DNA of 64,000 nt from Piromyces finnis finn (Eukaryota > Fungi > Neocallimastigomycota). The stretch lies in NCBI GenBank assembly GCA_002104945.1, contig MCFH01000028.1, positions 62,001-126,000 on the forward strand. Direction: 5' to 3'. The translations under genes were made by a program, and so were the position numbers. Below, piece by piece: positions 42,512 to 57,192 of the stretch; position 1 is the stretch's first letter; each line of letters starts with the position of its first letter. A model generated the notes under the pieces. That model was not told where the DNA came from. It saw only the letters and a list, made by a program, of their open reading frames with translations, and made no database searches.

Positions 42512-45500
42512 ATGTCAACCATTATTCCACAAATTGCTTGTAAGAATTCTTTTTTTATACTACTATTTTTATTATTTAATGATATAAATTACATTAATAA
42601 ATATTAACGTTAACCTGTTTTTTATTGTGAATTTTTTTTGACAGACCGTTCCTCTGAAGGATTATCAACTGCTTTAGGACCACCAGTTAATCAATTTTAT
42701 AATCTCTTCAAGACGTATGCAATTTTCTACTTTTTTTTTTTTTAGAAAAATTAATAATAAAAATTTTCAAAAATAAAAACTAATTTTAATTATTTACAAA
42801 ATCTATTCTAATATTTAATTAGCGTCCCAAATGTTAAATTATATCAATACACTTCTGATGGTAGATTCTTAGGTTATGTTAATCAAGATGGGTATGATTA
42901 GTGGCTTTAAAAAATATTAAATATTAAATTATATGTTATGTATTATTTGTATAAATATATTAATAATTTCATTCTTAATTATAGTGTTACTATTCTTGAC
43001 GCTATCTCATATGAACCAATTCGCGAATTTAAGAAGACTAATGTTATTGATATTAACTTTTCCCCAAAGGGAAAATTCCTCGCTCTTTACACAAAATTCG
43101 GTAAATACCTACTATTGTAAATCATTGAATAATGAATTGCTTTGTATTCGGGAACAATGCAAACTAACAATACAAATAATAATCAAAAAAAAAATTTTTT
43201 TATATCTTTTATGTAATTAATTATTAAATAAAATTATGAACAAAAATAGTTAAAAGTCAAGATCCAGATATTCAACCACACAACATGTTCATTTATGAAG
43301 TTAGTACTGGTGAATTAAAGATCACATTCGTTCAAAAATCACAAAACAATTGGAAAGTTCAATGGACAGATGATGAATCTGTTTGTGCTAGATTAGTTAC
43401 AGGTGAAGTTCACTTTTACGATACTAGAAAGTTTGATCTTGGTAAGTTATCCTTGATTATTTATAAATCAATTATTTCTAAATCTAACCATTAAACTATA
43501 TTGAAATGAATAAACAAATAATTTATCTTTTTATGTACATTATATACACATATAATTTTGTTATTTTAATTTTTAAACAAAAGGTATTCGTTCAAAACTT
43601 AAATTACCACAAATGACTGCTTTTTCCATGTCTCCTGGTAGAACACCATCTGTTGCTGCTTTTGTTCCAGAGAAAAATGTAAAATGATATATTTATATTG
43701 TATATAGAAAATTGATATTCCTATCCTTATATTGTAATAATAACAATAATATATATATATTAAAATATAGGGTGTTCCTGCCTCTATTAGAATCTTTAGT
43801 CTCGGTAATTTTGAGGTTCCAATTTTAATTAAGACCTTCTTCAAAGCTGATAGCGTTGAAATGCTTTGGAACAAATTAGGTAATTAGCAAAAATTATAAT
43901 TATTTCTTATATTATACTAAAATTAACGATTTCATATTAATGATGTATTTTTAATTATATAGGTGTCAGTCTTCTTGTATGGACACATACTGAAGTTGAT
44001 GCTTCCGGTTTAAGTTACTATGGTGAGGCCTCATTATACTACTTTTCTATTGCAGGAAAATTTGAATGCCGTGTTCCAATTGGTAATTTTAAAAAAAAGT
44101 TTACTTGCTTATTTATTATTAAAAATATAAAATAAGTTATTTTAATAGTAATGAATACTCATTTAATATCAATATATACAAAATTTAAAATACAGAACCA
44201 GGAGCTCCTATTCATGATGTTTCATGGAGTCCAAATTCCAAAGAATTTATTGTTATTCACGGTTTAATGCCATCTTCCGCTACACTTTATGATTGGCGTG
44301 CAATTCCAATTTATGATTTCCCAAAGAATCACAGAAACTTTGTTAGATACAGTCCTCATGCAAGAAATATCCTTTACATAAAAAAAAATTAATAATATTT
44401 AAAACATTTTATTTATAATTATTTCATCCTTAATTCAAAATTGATCTTACTTATTTGTATAGCTGGATTTGGTAATTTAGCTGGTGAAATGGTAATTTGA
44501 TTGTAAACTTTTTTCACAAAATATTTGTTTTAATGTATTAAAAAATGTTTTTTAAAAAACACTATTTTATGAACAAGTAATAATAATAATAATAACTTTT
44601 TTTTTTTAAATTATACTTGTATAACAACAGGATTTCTTTGATAGATTGACTTGTCAAAAGGTTGGTCATGCTCAAGCTTCTAATTCATCATTCTGTGATT
44701 GGTGTCCAGATGGTAGACACGTTATTACTGCTACATTAACACCAAGATTACGTGTTGATAATGGTTTCAAGATTTGGCATTATTCAGGTGTTAAGCTTTT
44801 TGAATGTGATATTAAAGAACTTTATCAAGTAAATATTCATACTATTAAATTGAATCATAAAAACATTAATTGTAGATAGAGATAAGCTTTAACAATTTTT
44901 CATAATAATTATTTTTTAATATCAATATTATCTATAGATAAGCTGGAGACCAATTCATCAAGATGCCTTCCCACCACACAATAATTTATCCCCACCACCA
45001 AAGGGATTAATTGAAGATACTTCAAAAGCCACAGGTAAATTCATTAAAATATAATAAATAAATATGTAATTTTTTTATTAGTAGTAGTATGATAAAAATT
45101 TCAAATATTAATTTTTACATGATGGGTTTTATGATAAATAGAAAAGAAACCTGTTGGTGTTTACAGACCACCAGGTGCTCGTGCTTCTGCTTCAAATTTA
45201 TCTTTACGTGAAAACGCCATGTCTTCCTTATCCATGACTTCTAATGATAACAACGTAAAAGATGGTAAATTTATTATCTATTTTATATCTATACATATAT
45301 ATTGTATAAATTGTAAATATGATTTTATTATAAAATTGGTTATTTATTCATATTAAAATTTTACTTCAAAATAAAAAGACAACTTATTACATCCACCATC
45401 TGGTTTAAATAACAATATTAATAGTAATGCTAATAATCCAAAAAGAGCAAATATAAAGAAACAATTATCAAAAAGACAAATGAATCAAGGAAACATACCT

Positions 45501-45739
45501 GCCATGAGTCAAGTTAATAATACTAATGGTACTAATGGAAATAATGCTATTAATATTAATACAAAGAATCAGAATAAAGGACAAAATAAGAATCAAAATC
45601 AAAAACAAGCCCAAAATATCCAACAAAACAATCAAGGACAGCAAAAGAATCAAAACCAAAGTAATAGTGGTAGTACTTCTCCACAACAAACTATAAATAA
45701 CGTAAATAAGAAACCTAGAAATAAGAATAAGAACAAGGG

Positions 45740-45770
<31 letters not shown>

Positions 45771-46139
45771 AATGGTCAAGCTCAAGTTTCAAGCTTAAAC
45801 CAAAATCAAGGACAACAACAACAGCAAAGAAAGCAAAAGAAGTCCAAGTCTAGTATAGATTTACAAAATAAAAATAACAGTAAACCATCTTCACCAACCG
45901 GTTCATCAAATCAAGCCAGTTCTCCCACCGGTCCAAATAAGAATCCAAATCACGAAAATCAAAAGAAAATAAAGACATTACAAAGAAAGTTACGTGAAAT
46001 TGGTGAAATCAAAGCCAAGCATGCTGCTGGTCAAAAGTTAGAACATACCCAAATTATTAAGATGGAAAAAGAAAATGAATTAGCTAAAGAGTTAGAAATT
46101 TGTTTAGCTAAGCAAGTTCAAAATAACAATCAAAATTAA
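42512..46139 (+). CDS. EIF2A: Translation initiation factor eIF2A (WD beta-propeller) with a Q/N-rich linker, multi-exon
   Basis: PIHDVSWSPNSKEF, AGFGNLAGEM, WCPDGRHVITATLTPRLRVDNGFKIWHYSG, YRPPGAR, and C-terminal KKIKTLQRKLREIGEIK. Confidence 0.94.
44367..44450 (+). other. U12-type (minor spliceosome) AT-AC intron in eIF2A
   Basis: 5' site ATATCCTTT (44367-44375), branch TCCTTAAT (44427-44434), 3' end AC (44449-44450). Removal gives SPHARIICIAGFGNLAG in frame. Confidence 0.88.
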
Positions 46140-46971
46140 ATTGAGAAGAATTCAACTCTCTGATTCTCAAAATAATTTTCAATACAAATAAAAAAAAAAA
46201 AAAAGAAAGAAAAAAAAAAAAAGAAAAAATAATTCCTATTAAAATATGAAAGATACATTTTTTGTCGAAACTTTGACAAAGCAAAAGAAAATTTATACAA
46301 TACTTTTTGTAAATTATTTAACTTATCATCCTTCTTTCACCATTTTAATACAATGTTTTTTTTTTTTTTTTTTTTTTTAATTATTATTTTTATTATTTAT
46401 ATAATAAAGTGATAATTTCCAGCCAAGATTCCAAAAAATAAAATTAAAAAAAGGAAAAGAAAAAAGGAGAAAATTTTAAAAAAATTATTTTTTACCTTGA
46501 GAAAAAAAAAAAAAAATACCAACCATAAAATATGTTCACTTAAAAAGATAGGATATTTAAAAATAATAATAATAATAATAATAAATTAAAAAAAAAAGAA
46601 ATGAAAGAAAAGTTTAAAAAAAAAAAAATAAAAGCAATATTTAATGGAAAAAATCAAGAAAGAAAAAAAAAAAAAAAAAAAAAAAGAATCCGTTTCAATT
46701 CACTAAATTTTTAAGTTGAATTTAATAAGAAAGAAATATATATATATTTATTATTTTTATATTAATTCACATTCCTAACAACGATATTCTATATTTTATT
46801 CACACATATATATTATCCTTTTCTTTTTTTTTTTTTTTTTTATTTAGCAAATTAAATGATAGACTAATAATATATAAAAAAAAGAAATGAATACTATTTT
46901 CCTTTAATATGGAAAAAGAAGAAAACATCATAGATTAATTTAAAATAATATAGCAACATTTTATATTACAA

Positions 46972-47002
<31 letters not shown>

Positions 47003-47136
47003 GTAATTATCTTTTTTATTCCCTTTATTTTTTTCCTTTTCTTTTCATTTTTATTTTATTTTATTTTTTTTTTTTTTTTTTTTTTATAGTATATTCTCTA
47101 TAAATTAAAAAAAGAAAAAAAAGAAAAGAAATATAA

Positions 47137-47174
<38 letters not shown>

Positions 47175-47846
47175 TTAAAAAGAAAAAATAAATATATACA
47201 TAAAAAAAATATAAATATAGTAAGTAATATAATGTCACATATCATATAACAAAAAAAAAAAAATAATAATAATAAAAAAAATAAAATAAAAATAATAATT
47301 ATAATATACTAAACTATGGTATACATAAATTAATTATAATTTTAGATAGAATGAAAATTAATAAATTTTAAATTGAAATAACCTGGGTTATATATAAATA
47401 TAAATATATCACATTTGAATAGGAAAATAGAAAAAGATGATGCTTTAAACCATCGGAGTAATTGTTATTGGGAGGTGGTTACAGGGATTGAGTAAAATAT
47501 TAATAATAAACATTAAAAAGATGGATAAAATTTTTCAAAGTTTTTTTTTTTTTTTTTGAATAAACGGGAATAATTTATGAACATTCTGTAAGCCTATCAT
47601 TCTTGAATAGCTTTAATATTAGAATTATGGAATGGAATATATAGATTTCTAATTTTTTTTTTTTTAATTCCTTCATTTTCTATTTTGTTATTTATCACAT
47701 AAAAATAATGGATAATATAAAGGTGATTTGAATGATAGTTGTAAATGTTATTATATTGTTACTTTTCTTTCCTTTTTAAATATTATTAAAATTGTAGCCT
47801 AATTTTGTAGAGTTGGGTTATTTTCAATGATTTCATTATGAACCGT

Positions 47847-48064
47847 TTAATTATTTACTGTTTTTTCTTTCGTTGTTATTTCAATTTCGTTTTCTTCTTC
47901 TAATATTACAAAATTCTCTTTACCTTTTCCTTTCTTAACCTTTAGAATGTATAATAATATAATAATGAAAAAGGCAGCCTATATATTTTTTATTATTTTT
48001 TAAAATATATATATATTAATATTTATTTGTTGTTGAAATAAAATAAAATTAATTATTATTATTA

Positions 48065-48107
<43 letters not shown>

Positions 48108-48116
48108 TACTACTAC

Positions 48117-48152
<36 letters not shown>

Positions 48153-48158
48153 TACTAC

Positions 48159-48195
<37 letters not shown>

Positions 48196-48849
48196 ATACT
48201 TACTTCAAATATAAATATCATAATGAAAAATAATAAAAACATTGTATTGAGACTTATTTGATAAGTTGATTTAACCCAAAAAATCATGAATACTTTTGCT
48301 ATAAAATAACAGCCATAAATAAATTCAAAAAAATACATGAACTTTGTATTTTTCTTTATTTTTATTTAAATTATAAAGAATATATATGTAATATAAAATA
48401 AGAAATGTTAATCTTTCTTCATTTATTTATTTATTTACTAATAAAAAAAAAGTTATTCAATGCAATTTATTATTAGAAAAAAATTTTATACTTACTTTAC
48501 TGATTGCAAGAAATAATAAACATGATAATAAAATAGATGATGAATATACAGCAATTAAAGCATTTTTAAGAGTGCTAACCTCTTCACTAGCAAAATTTAA
48601 ACAAAAAATTCTTAAAGCACCAATACCCTAAAATTTAAAAATTTAAAGTAATTTATAAAAATATATATATATATATTTAATATTTCTTGATTAAGTTATA
48701 ATAAAAACTGGTGTTGAATAAAAAAAACATAAATAGAAATATGTATATTATGTATATCTATATATATATTGAGAATGTTTTATAATTACAATAAAATACA
48801 AGTTACAAGACAAAATTGTAGATTCACTTAACAAAAGTGATAAACCCAT
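47847..48849 (-). CDS. Uncharacterised ~157-aa four-TM protein, copy 1; exons 48849-48790, 48627-48496, 48353-48204, 47978-47847
   Basis: Four phase-0 exons joined by GT-AG introns, with no stops. Four hydrophobic segments and a charged tail. Exon structure mirrors copy 2. Confidence 0.75.
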
Positions 48850-48931
48850 TTTTATTATTTTCATCATTTTTATAGTTTTTAATTTTTTTATTATTTATTT
48901 ATCTTGTTTGTTCTTTAAATAATAATTATTT

Positions 48932-48967
<36 letters not shown>

Positions 48968-50553
48968 TCTATTTCGTTTAATTCTATTTGATTTTCCTTG
49001 AATTTCGTTTTTGCCTTGTTTTACTTTTTTATTTCATAAACTATAATTTTTTTTTTTTTTTTTTTTTTTTTTTGGAAATTAAAATTATATTAAATTAAAT
49101 GATATATTAAAACTTGTTTCTTATTGGTGAAAATTTTTATTTTTTGTTTTAAAAAGTTTATCGTAAATTCTAAAATTCTAATCTTAGTTTTTAATTGAAG
49201 AAACTTTTTAACAATTATTAATAATCAAATAAGTGTAATGTATGCTCTTTTTGATAAAAATTGTAACATACTGCCAAGTATTTTATAAATCTAACATTAT
49301 TATTTTATTATATATCATGTATTAAAAAAAAAGAAACATTTCTTTTTTTTTTTTATTGATTGTAAAATAAATAATCAATGATTTTCAAATAATACTTGTA
49401 CATATAACATGGAAGCTATGGTTGAACATTATATAATTAATCTATTTTTTTTTTTTTCATCTTTTAAAAGATATAAATGAAAATGTGGTTAAATGTTTGG
49501 TAAATCTTATACAAAGAATTTAGATTTTCAGATTGATTATTTAACGAATATATATTAGTTATTAAAATAATAGTTTTTATTTATGAACTATAGTTTTTTA
49601 TAATAATATAATTAAAACAATAATGTATAATAAAATTTTTAACTACATTTAAAGTAAATTCTATCGATTGATTCTTTTATTATTTAATGACAGTATTAAT
49701 ATATATTTCTTTTGTTTATCGCTTTATATAATAAAAGAAAATAGATCTATGAAAAAAAATGGGTCCAAAATTTAATGTGGATTTAAATATTAAAATTTTT
49801 TGAATATTGATTATTCTAACAAAATATTTTTCATTAGAATAAAGGATTAAAATGAAAAAAGCAAAGGAAGATAATATAATGAATATAAATTACAAATTAT
49901 TTATATCTATTCATCTACATTTATAAATAACTCTATAATTTCTATATGCTAATATTTGTTTTTCTATTAAAAAAAAAAAAAAAAGTATCATTCTAAAGGA
50001 AAGGAATAAAATATATCATAGTATTTCAATAAAAGATAATGTAATAAACAAAGAACGATTTAATTATACATTGCTAAAAATTTCAATATGTTTTATTTAA
50101 TCACTAGGAATTTGTGTAGATTATCTAGTTTGCTATATATATTTTCTTTAAAAAAAGGGTATCAACAATAAAGAGAAACATTCTCCTTTTTTTTAAAAAA
50201 TAAATGTAATATTTTTTAAGAATATTATTATTATTTTTATTTTTTATGTTTATTTTTATCCTTTAATTGGTATTAATATATAATTTTTTACAAACATTAA
50301 AATATTATTTTAAAAAGGGGAAAAAATCTTTTCCTTTTTAAAATTAATAAATAATTTATGACTGAAGATAAAACTATATTTATTCTCCTTTTTAATAGAA
50401 TAAAAAAGGGAATTTCAATCTTCATATTTCTTTATTTATTACTTTCTATAAAAAAAGAATGAAAAATAAAATTGATTCGGGTGATAACTAATATATTAAT
50501 CTATTGTTATTACCTCTTTTTTATATATGTCAATTTTCTTTTTTCTTTTTTAT

Positions 50554-51427
50554 TTAATCACGAGCTGACTCGAGTTCAACAGTTTCATAATCAGTTGCTT
50601 CCTTTACATTTACTTCTTCTTCGGATGTTTTCTTAACCTCGTTTTCGTCTAATTTTTTAAATTCTACTTTGTATCGCTTATTGTTATTTTTTTCTTCTTC
50701 CTTAATGTGGAAAAATAAAATAACAGGGAAGAAAAGCTATATTTTTAAAGTATATATATTTTAATATTTACTTAGTATAGTATAAAATAAAAAGAGTTAC
50801 TTTTTTTTATAATACTTACTTCAAGTATAGTTGCTATCAAAAGACCAATTACGAAAAATGCATCTATTACACTATAAAAATGATAAATTTTTGACCAAAT
50901 ATTGAGGAATACTTTTGCTATAATATAGCATACATAAATATATTCAAATAAATACATCATTCTTATATTGTCCTTTATTTGTATTTAAATTTTTATATTA
51001 TAAAAATTCAGAAATATTAATAATTTTCTTATTTATTTTTTAATTGAAAAAAAAAAAAAATAAGAAAATTAATTTACTATTATAAAAAAATATTTCTACT
51101 TGCTTTTACAAGAGCAAAACATAATAAACCTGATGATAAAATTAATAATGCATATAGGCTAACAAACAATTTTCTTGAAAAGTCAAATGTTTCATAATCA
51201 ATACTGAAACATATAATTCTTAATACATTTATATTCTAAAATTATAAACATTTAAAATAATATATAAAATTATTATCATTTTATATATATATATATCTTT
51301 TTAATTAATTTATAGTAAAAAGAGGTTAAAATTATAAGTATAAATATATAAATATATATTGAGAACATTTTATAATTACAACAAAAGCTAAGTTACAGGC
51401 AGAAACTACTTTACTAAATGGAGTCAT
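50554..51427 (-). CDS. Uncharacterised ~171-aa four-TM protein, copy 2; exons 51427-51380, 51235-51104, 50972-50820, 50736-50554
   Basis: Paralogue of copy 1 (ACNLAFV/SCNLYFI, LRIICF/LRIFCL, MYLFEYIYVCYIIAKVF/MYFFEFIYGCYFIAKVF). Exon 2 is 132 nt in both. Intron 2 has a GC donor. Confidence 0.75.
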
Positions 51428-51499
51428 TTTTATTATTTTTTTAAATTTTATAGTTTTCTATTATTTTATAATTTGTTTTTTGTTTTTTTGTTTTTTTTT

Positions 51500-51650
51500 G
51501 TTTTTTTGTTCTTTAAATAATAATTGTTTTGTTTTAATTCTATTTTTGTTTTTTTGTTCTTTAAATAATAATTGTTTTGTTTTAATTCTATTTTTGTTTT
51601 TTTGTTCTTTAAATAATAATTGTTTTGTTTTAATTCTATTTTTGTTTTTT
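51500..51650. repeat. 48-bp tandem repeat, about 3 copies, upstream of 4-TM copy 2
   Basis: GTTCTTTAAATAATAATTG starts at 51508, 51556 and 51604; one related copy lies upstream of copy 1 near 48910. Confidence 0.85.
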
Positions 51651-53555
51651 GTTTAATTTCGTTTTTATTAAATTTTGCTTTTTTTTATTTTATTTCAAAG
51701 AACAAAAAATATTTTTTTTAAATTTATTATAAATTAAATTTTTTTATTAAAACTTGTTTTTTATTGGTGAAAATTTTGTTTGTAAAATTTATCGTAAATT
51801 CTAAAATTCTAATCTTATTCCTCATTTAATATCCATCTTTATGTAAAAAGGATTATAACAATTGTTAATTATTAACTGTCAGATAAGTGCTATGCATGTT
51901 CTTTTTGATAAAAGTATTTAGATTTATATAATAATAATTTTATTATTAACTATAATGAATTTAGATTTAAAAGAAAATATAAATACATGTAAATATCCTT
52001 ATATTAAGCATTATTATTATTTAGTATTTTTTATTATGTAAAATATAACTAAATTATATTAATATTACATTAAATAATTCATTCTACACCATATAATAAT
52101 ATAAAATGATAATGACACATTATTGTTTTAATTAAATAAAAAAAAATTATATAACTTTCATCATATTTCAAACTTTTCTTTATAAAGTAGAATTATTATA
52201 GAAAATATTATTTTGATAACATGTGAAATATACCTATATAAATATATTACTTTTTCTATAGGATTATACTCGTATCCAAAGTGTTGAATATTAAATCTAC
52301 TATTGAGATTTCAGAAGCATTTATTTCTAGTAATAGGTAATACAATCGTACAGCATAAATAAAAAATAAGTTATGAATCATTTAAGTTATCCTACTATAA
52401 AAATAACACTACAAACCTATATATTAATAAGTTTTATTTTATATTTTGTAAATACACTAAAATTGAAAACATTATTAAATGTATAAAAAACTCTTTAAAA
52501 ATGAAATAAATATTTAATTGAAACTTAAATTTCTATTTATTTAATGTTGGACTATTTTTAGTTTCAACAAATATTCAATAGTTTTATTTTTAACCTGTTT
52601 ATTCTTTAATTGCTTTATTTCCATTTTCTTCAAAAATTTTTCTTTCATTTTGAATTTTTCTTCCTTCTTGATAATTCCAAGGTATCTCAATATAATTAAG
52701 TATTAGGCAATCTATATTTTTTTAAAAAATTCTGCTACTAAATTTATTGCGATGATAGTTTTTCAAATTTTCCTATAACATTTAAGATTATATTTTAAAT
52801 AGTAATATTTTATTTAACCTTTTTTAATTTAACAAAAAAAATAATAATGGTAAAAAAGAAAATATTTATATTTTCATGATTGAGTGAAATTATTAGTAAT
52901 ACTAATGTTGTTAAGAATATAATATCTATTATTAGTTTAATTATATTAGAATAACATATGCACAAAAGCATATATACTAAAAAAAACAAACTAATAAAAT
53001 TAAAATAAATATTTATTTATTTATTGATATATAATATAATATTTTTATTAATAACTATTTTGAATATTGTTATAACAATATTTTTTTATTAAAGTAGTAA
53101 TAATATTTTGATAATATTATTAATATAGAATAATGAATATATAATAATAAATAAAAATAATTATTCTTTTTTTTTATTGAATAATAAATATAAAATCTAG
53201 ATTTTTAAAATTATAATTCCTTATATATTTTATATATATATATAAGATGGAACATCTGAGGTTAAAACTAGTTGTGATAGTTTATCTAGTTTATGATATA
53301 ATTACAAAATTTTGAGAAACTTCCAAAACTATTAATAAAGAAGCAAAAAGCTATTGTAATTGTTAATTGAAATACCTTTCTTTCCACAGCCTTAAATATA
53401 TTATCCATTAAAAAATAAATTATAACTTTATTAAATTAACTCTTGCAATACATACTAGTTTGAATAATAGTTTAGGTTTAATGATAATACTAATAGTATT
53501 ATTTAGAGATTTTCACAAAAAGTTTTAGAAAAAAAGAAAGAAAAAACATTACTTT

Positions 53556-54733
<1,178 letters not shown>

Positions 54734-57192
54734 ATTAATAATTAATGAAATTTTTTTGTACCACTTTAAAAAAAAAGAATATTTAAAAATTTAATTTTGT
54801 ACTACATTTGAAAAACAAAATCACACCAATAAAAATGATGGAAAATAATTTTAAAAAATAAAGATGAAAAAAAAAATCATTTAGTTAAAGAGAATAATTA
54901 ATAGTATTAATAAGAATATAGTTAATACTATAAAAGTGTTAATCGTAAGGATAGTTTGATAATGCAAAATAGTTAATAATTGAGAGTATTATCTATTATT
55001 ATTAATATTATAACATTGATAATATAAGACTAATTGATGTTGATAATAATCATTATTGAAATGGTTAATAATTAATTAATTATAATAAATTAATTATGAT
55101 AATTATAATAAAAATTTAAAAACAAATAATTTTCAATTAATAATATTAATTATAAACCACCTAAAAAAAGCATATTGAATAATGAAAGATTAACAAAACT
55201 TTCATCACTCTTGTAAAGTATATAATAAACAAAACATAACAAATATAGTAAGAAGATTAGAAAACATCATTATTATCATCATCATTAAATTAATTATTAA
55301 TAGTCATTTGATTACTTTTTTTATATTTCCTTTATGAAAACTATATTTTTTATAATATTTCCATATTTTCATCATTCCATCTTTACTAGATTTTTTTTTT
55401 ATCATTAACCGGTAAAGATTATAAATTCTCTTTGTAGAAAAAAAAATACAAATTTAGAATAATTTTTTATTAAATTTAAATAGTAAAACATTACCATTAT
55501 CAATGTAGAAATACATTTAAGTTATTCCCATATTTAAATTGACATCGACTAACTCTTTCTAATAAGAATGGTCATGTAAAGTTACCTTTTGGTAAAAAGG
55601 TCACTTTTTATTAAAAAATTTTTATTTTAAAAAATGTTATAATACATTGTGGTTACACAAAATATATTATTAATAAAATAATTAAATAAATTTATAATAA
55701 TTAAAGTTTGAATAAATTTTTATATAGTTTCAAGAATTGTTTAATAAAACATATAATTAATATATTATCAAATGGATTATTTATTTGAAATAAATGAGTA
55801 ATTAAAAATTTAATTAAAATATACCATTTTAATATAATATTTTGTCAACATTCTCAATATAGAAAATTTAATATAATTAAGGTTAGTATCGTTTTAGTTT
55901 TATTATTATGTAAAATTTGATTAGTATTATAAAGAATATTTCTATACCATTTTAATATATTATAATTATATTTTAAATATTATATTTCAAGCTCATCTTT
56001 TAAACCTTTTTTTATAATAAAAATAAAAATAGGTATTTGATCTGGTAGGGTAAAATACCTTTTAATCATGGTGTATTTATACCAGAAATAGTTAAAAAGG
56101 TTCAAACCTATTAAATCATTTTTTTTAATTGAAAGAAATTGAATTAGGTTAACTAAATAGATAAATCATATTTGTTATTTTAAATCCTATTCCTTTAACT
56201 AATAACACGGAAAGGATAGTATAATTTTGTCCTATTTATTTTTATGTCTTTCAAAAAAAAAAAAAATTAACCAGAAACCTAAGCTAAAATGAAGTATTCT
56301 TTAACAAAGATTTTCTGATAGAAATTTTTATTGTGGAAAATTTATTAATTTCTATTGACTTGTTTGGATATATTAATAATTTATTTTTCCATTTAATATA
56401 ATATATATAATATATATTATTCCTATAGAATAATTAATTTTATTTCTATTAATTTTATTTTCAATTTCATTAGTTCACACTTAATTTATAATTATTTATA
56501 ATTATTAAAATAATACTAATCTAATACTAATCTTTAATAATTAAAATTTTATTATTTATAATGATTTTATTATTAATTATGATTTTATTATTTATTATTC
56601 ATAATATTAATAATTTATAATATTATATATTCTTTATTTTTATTATTCGTTTATTTGTTTGAAATCTTATAAATGAAACAACAATAGAAAAAAAAAATTT
56701 TTTTTTTTTAATAGAAATTTTAAATTATTTTGAATAAATTACACAATTTTTTTTTATAATAATTAAACTTTTTATAAAAAATAATAAATTAAATAATAAA
56801 TAAAATTTTATATATAAATAAAAAACAAAAATTTTTTTTTTTTCTTGTTAAAATATCAATAAAAAAAAAAAAGGTAACTTTAAATAAACAAATAGAAATT
56901 ATTTAATAATTAAAAATAATAATTATAAATAACAACAACAGTATATATGTAAAAGTGTTTTATAAACATTAAACTGTTGTATTAAACAAAAGTATCTTTA
57001 ATACACTCTTTTAATAAACATATATAGATAGAAAACAATTATTAAATATTTCTATTCAATTTAATTTAATTTACCCAAAATTGTAATAGAGATTATAGAT
57101 TAAAAAAAAAAAGATTATATCCTATTTATAAATAAAAATAATTTAAGGAAATTTTTTAAAAAAAAAATACATAAATTAGAATAAAAAATAAA

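Noticed and set aside
47436-47500. GC-richer patch resembling 18S (GGGAGGTAGTGACA) or a C/D snoRNA
   Set aside because: The match is about 12 of 14 nt with no flanking similarity, and the C and D boxes are imperfect.
47370-47830. Possible MITE bounded by ATTGAAA(A)TAACC inverted repeats
   Set aside because: Only about 13 bp, imperfect and AT-rich, with no target-site duplication; expected by chance here.
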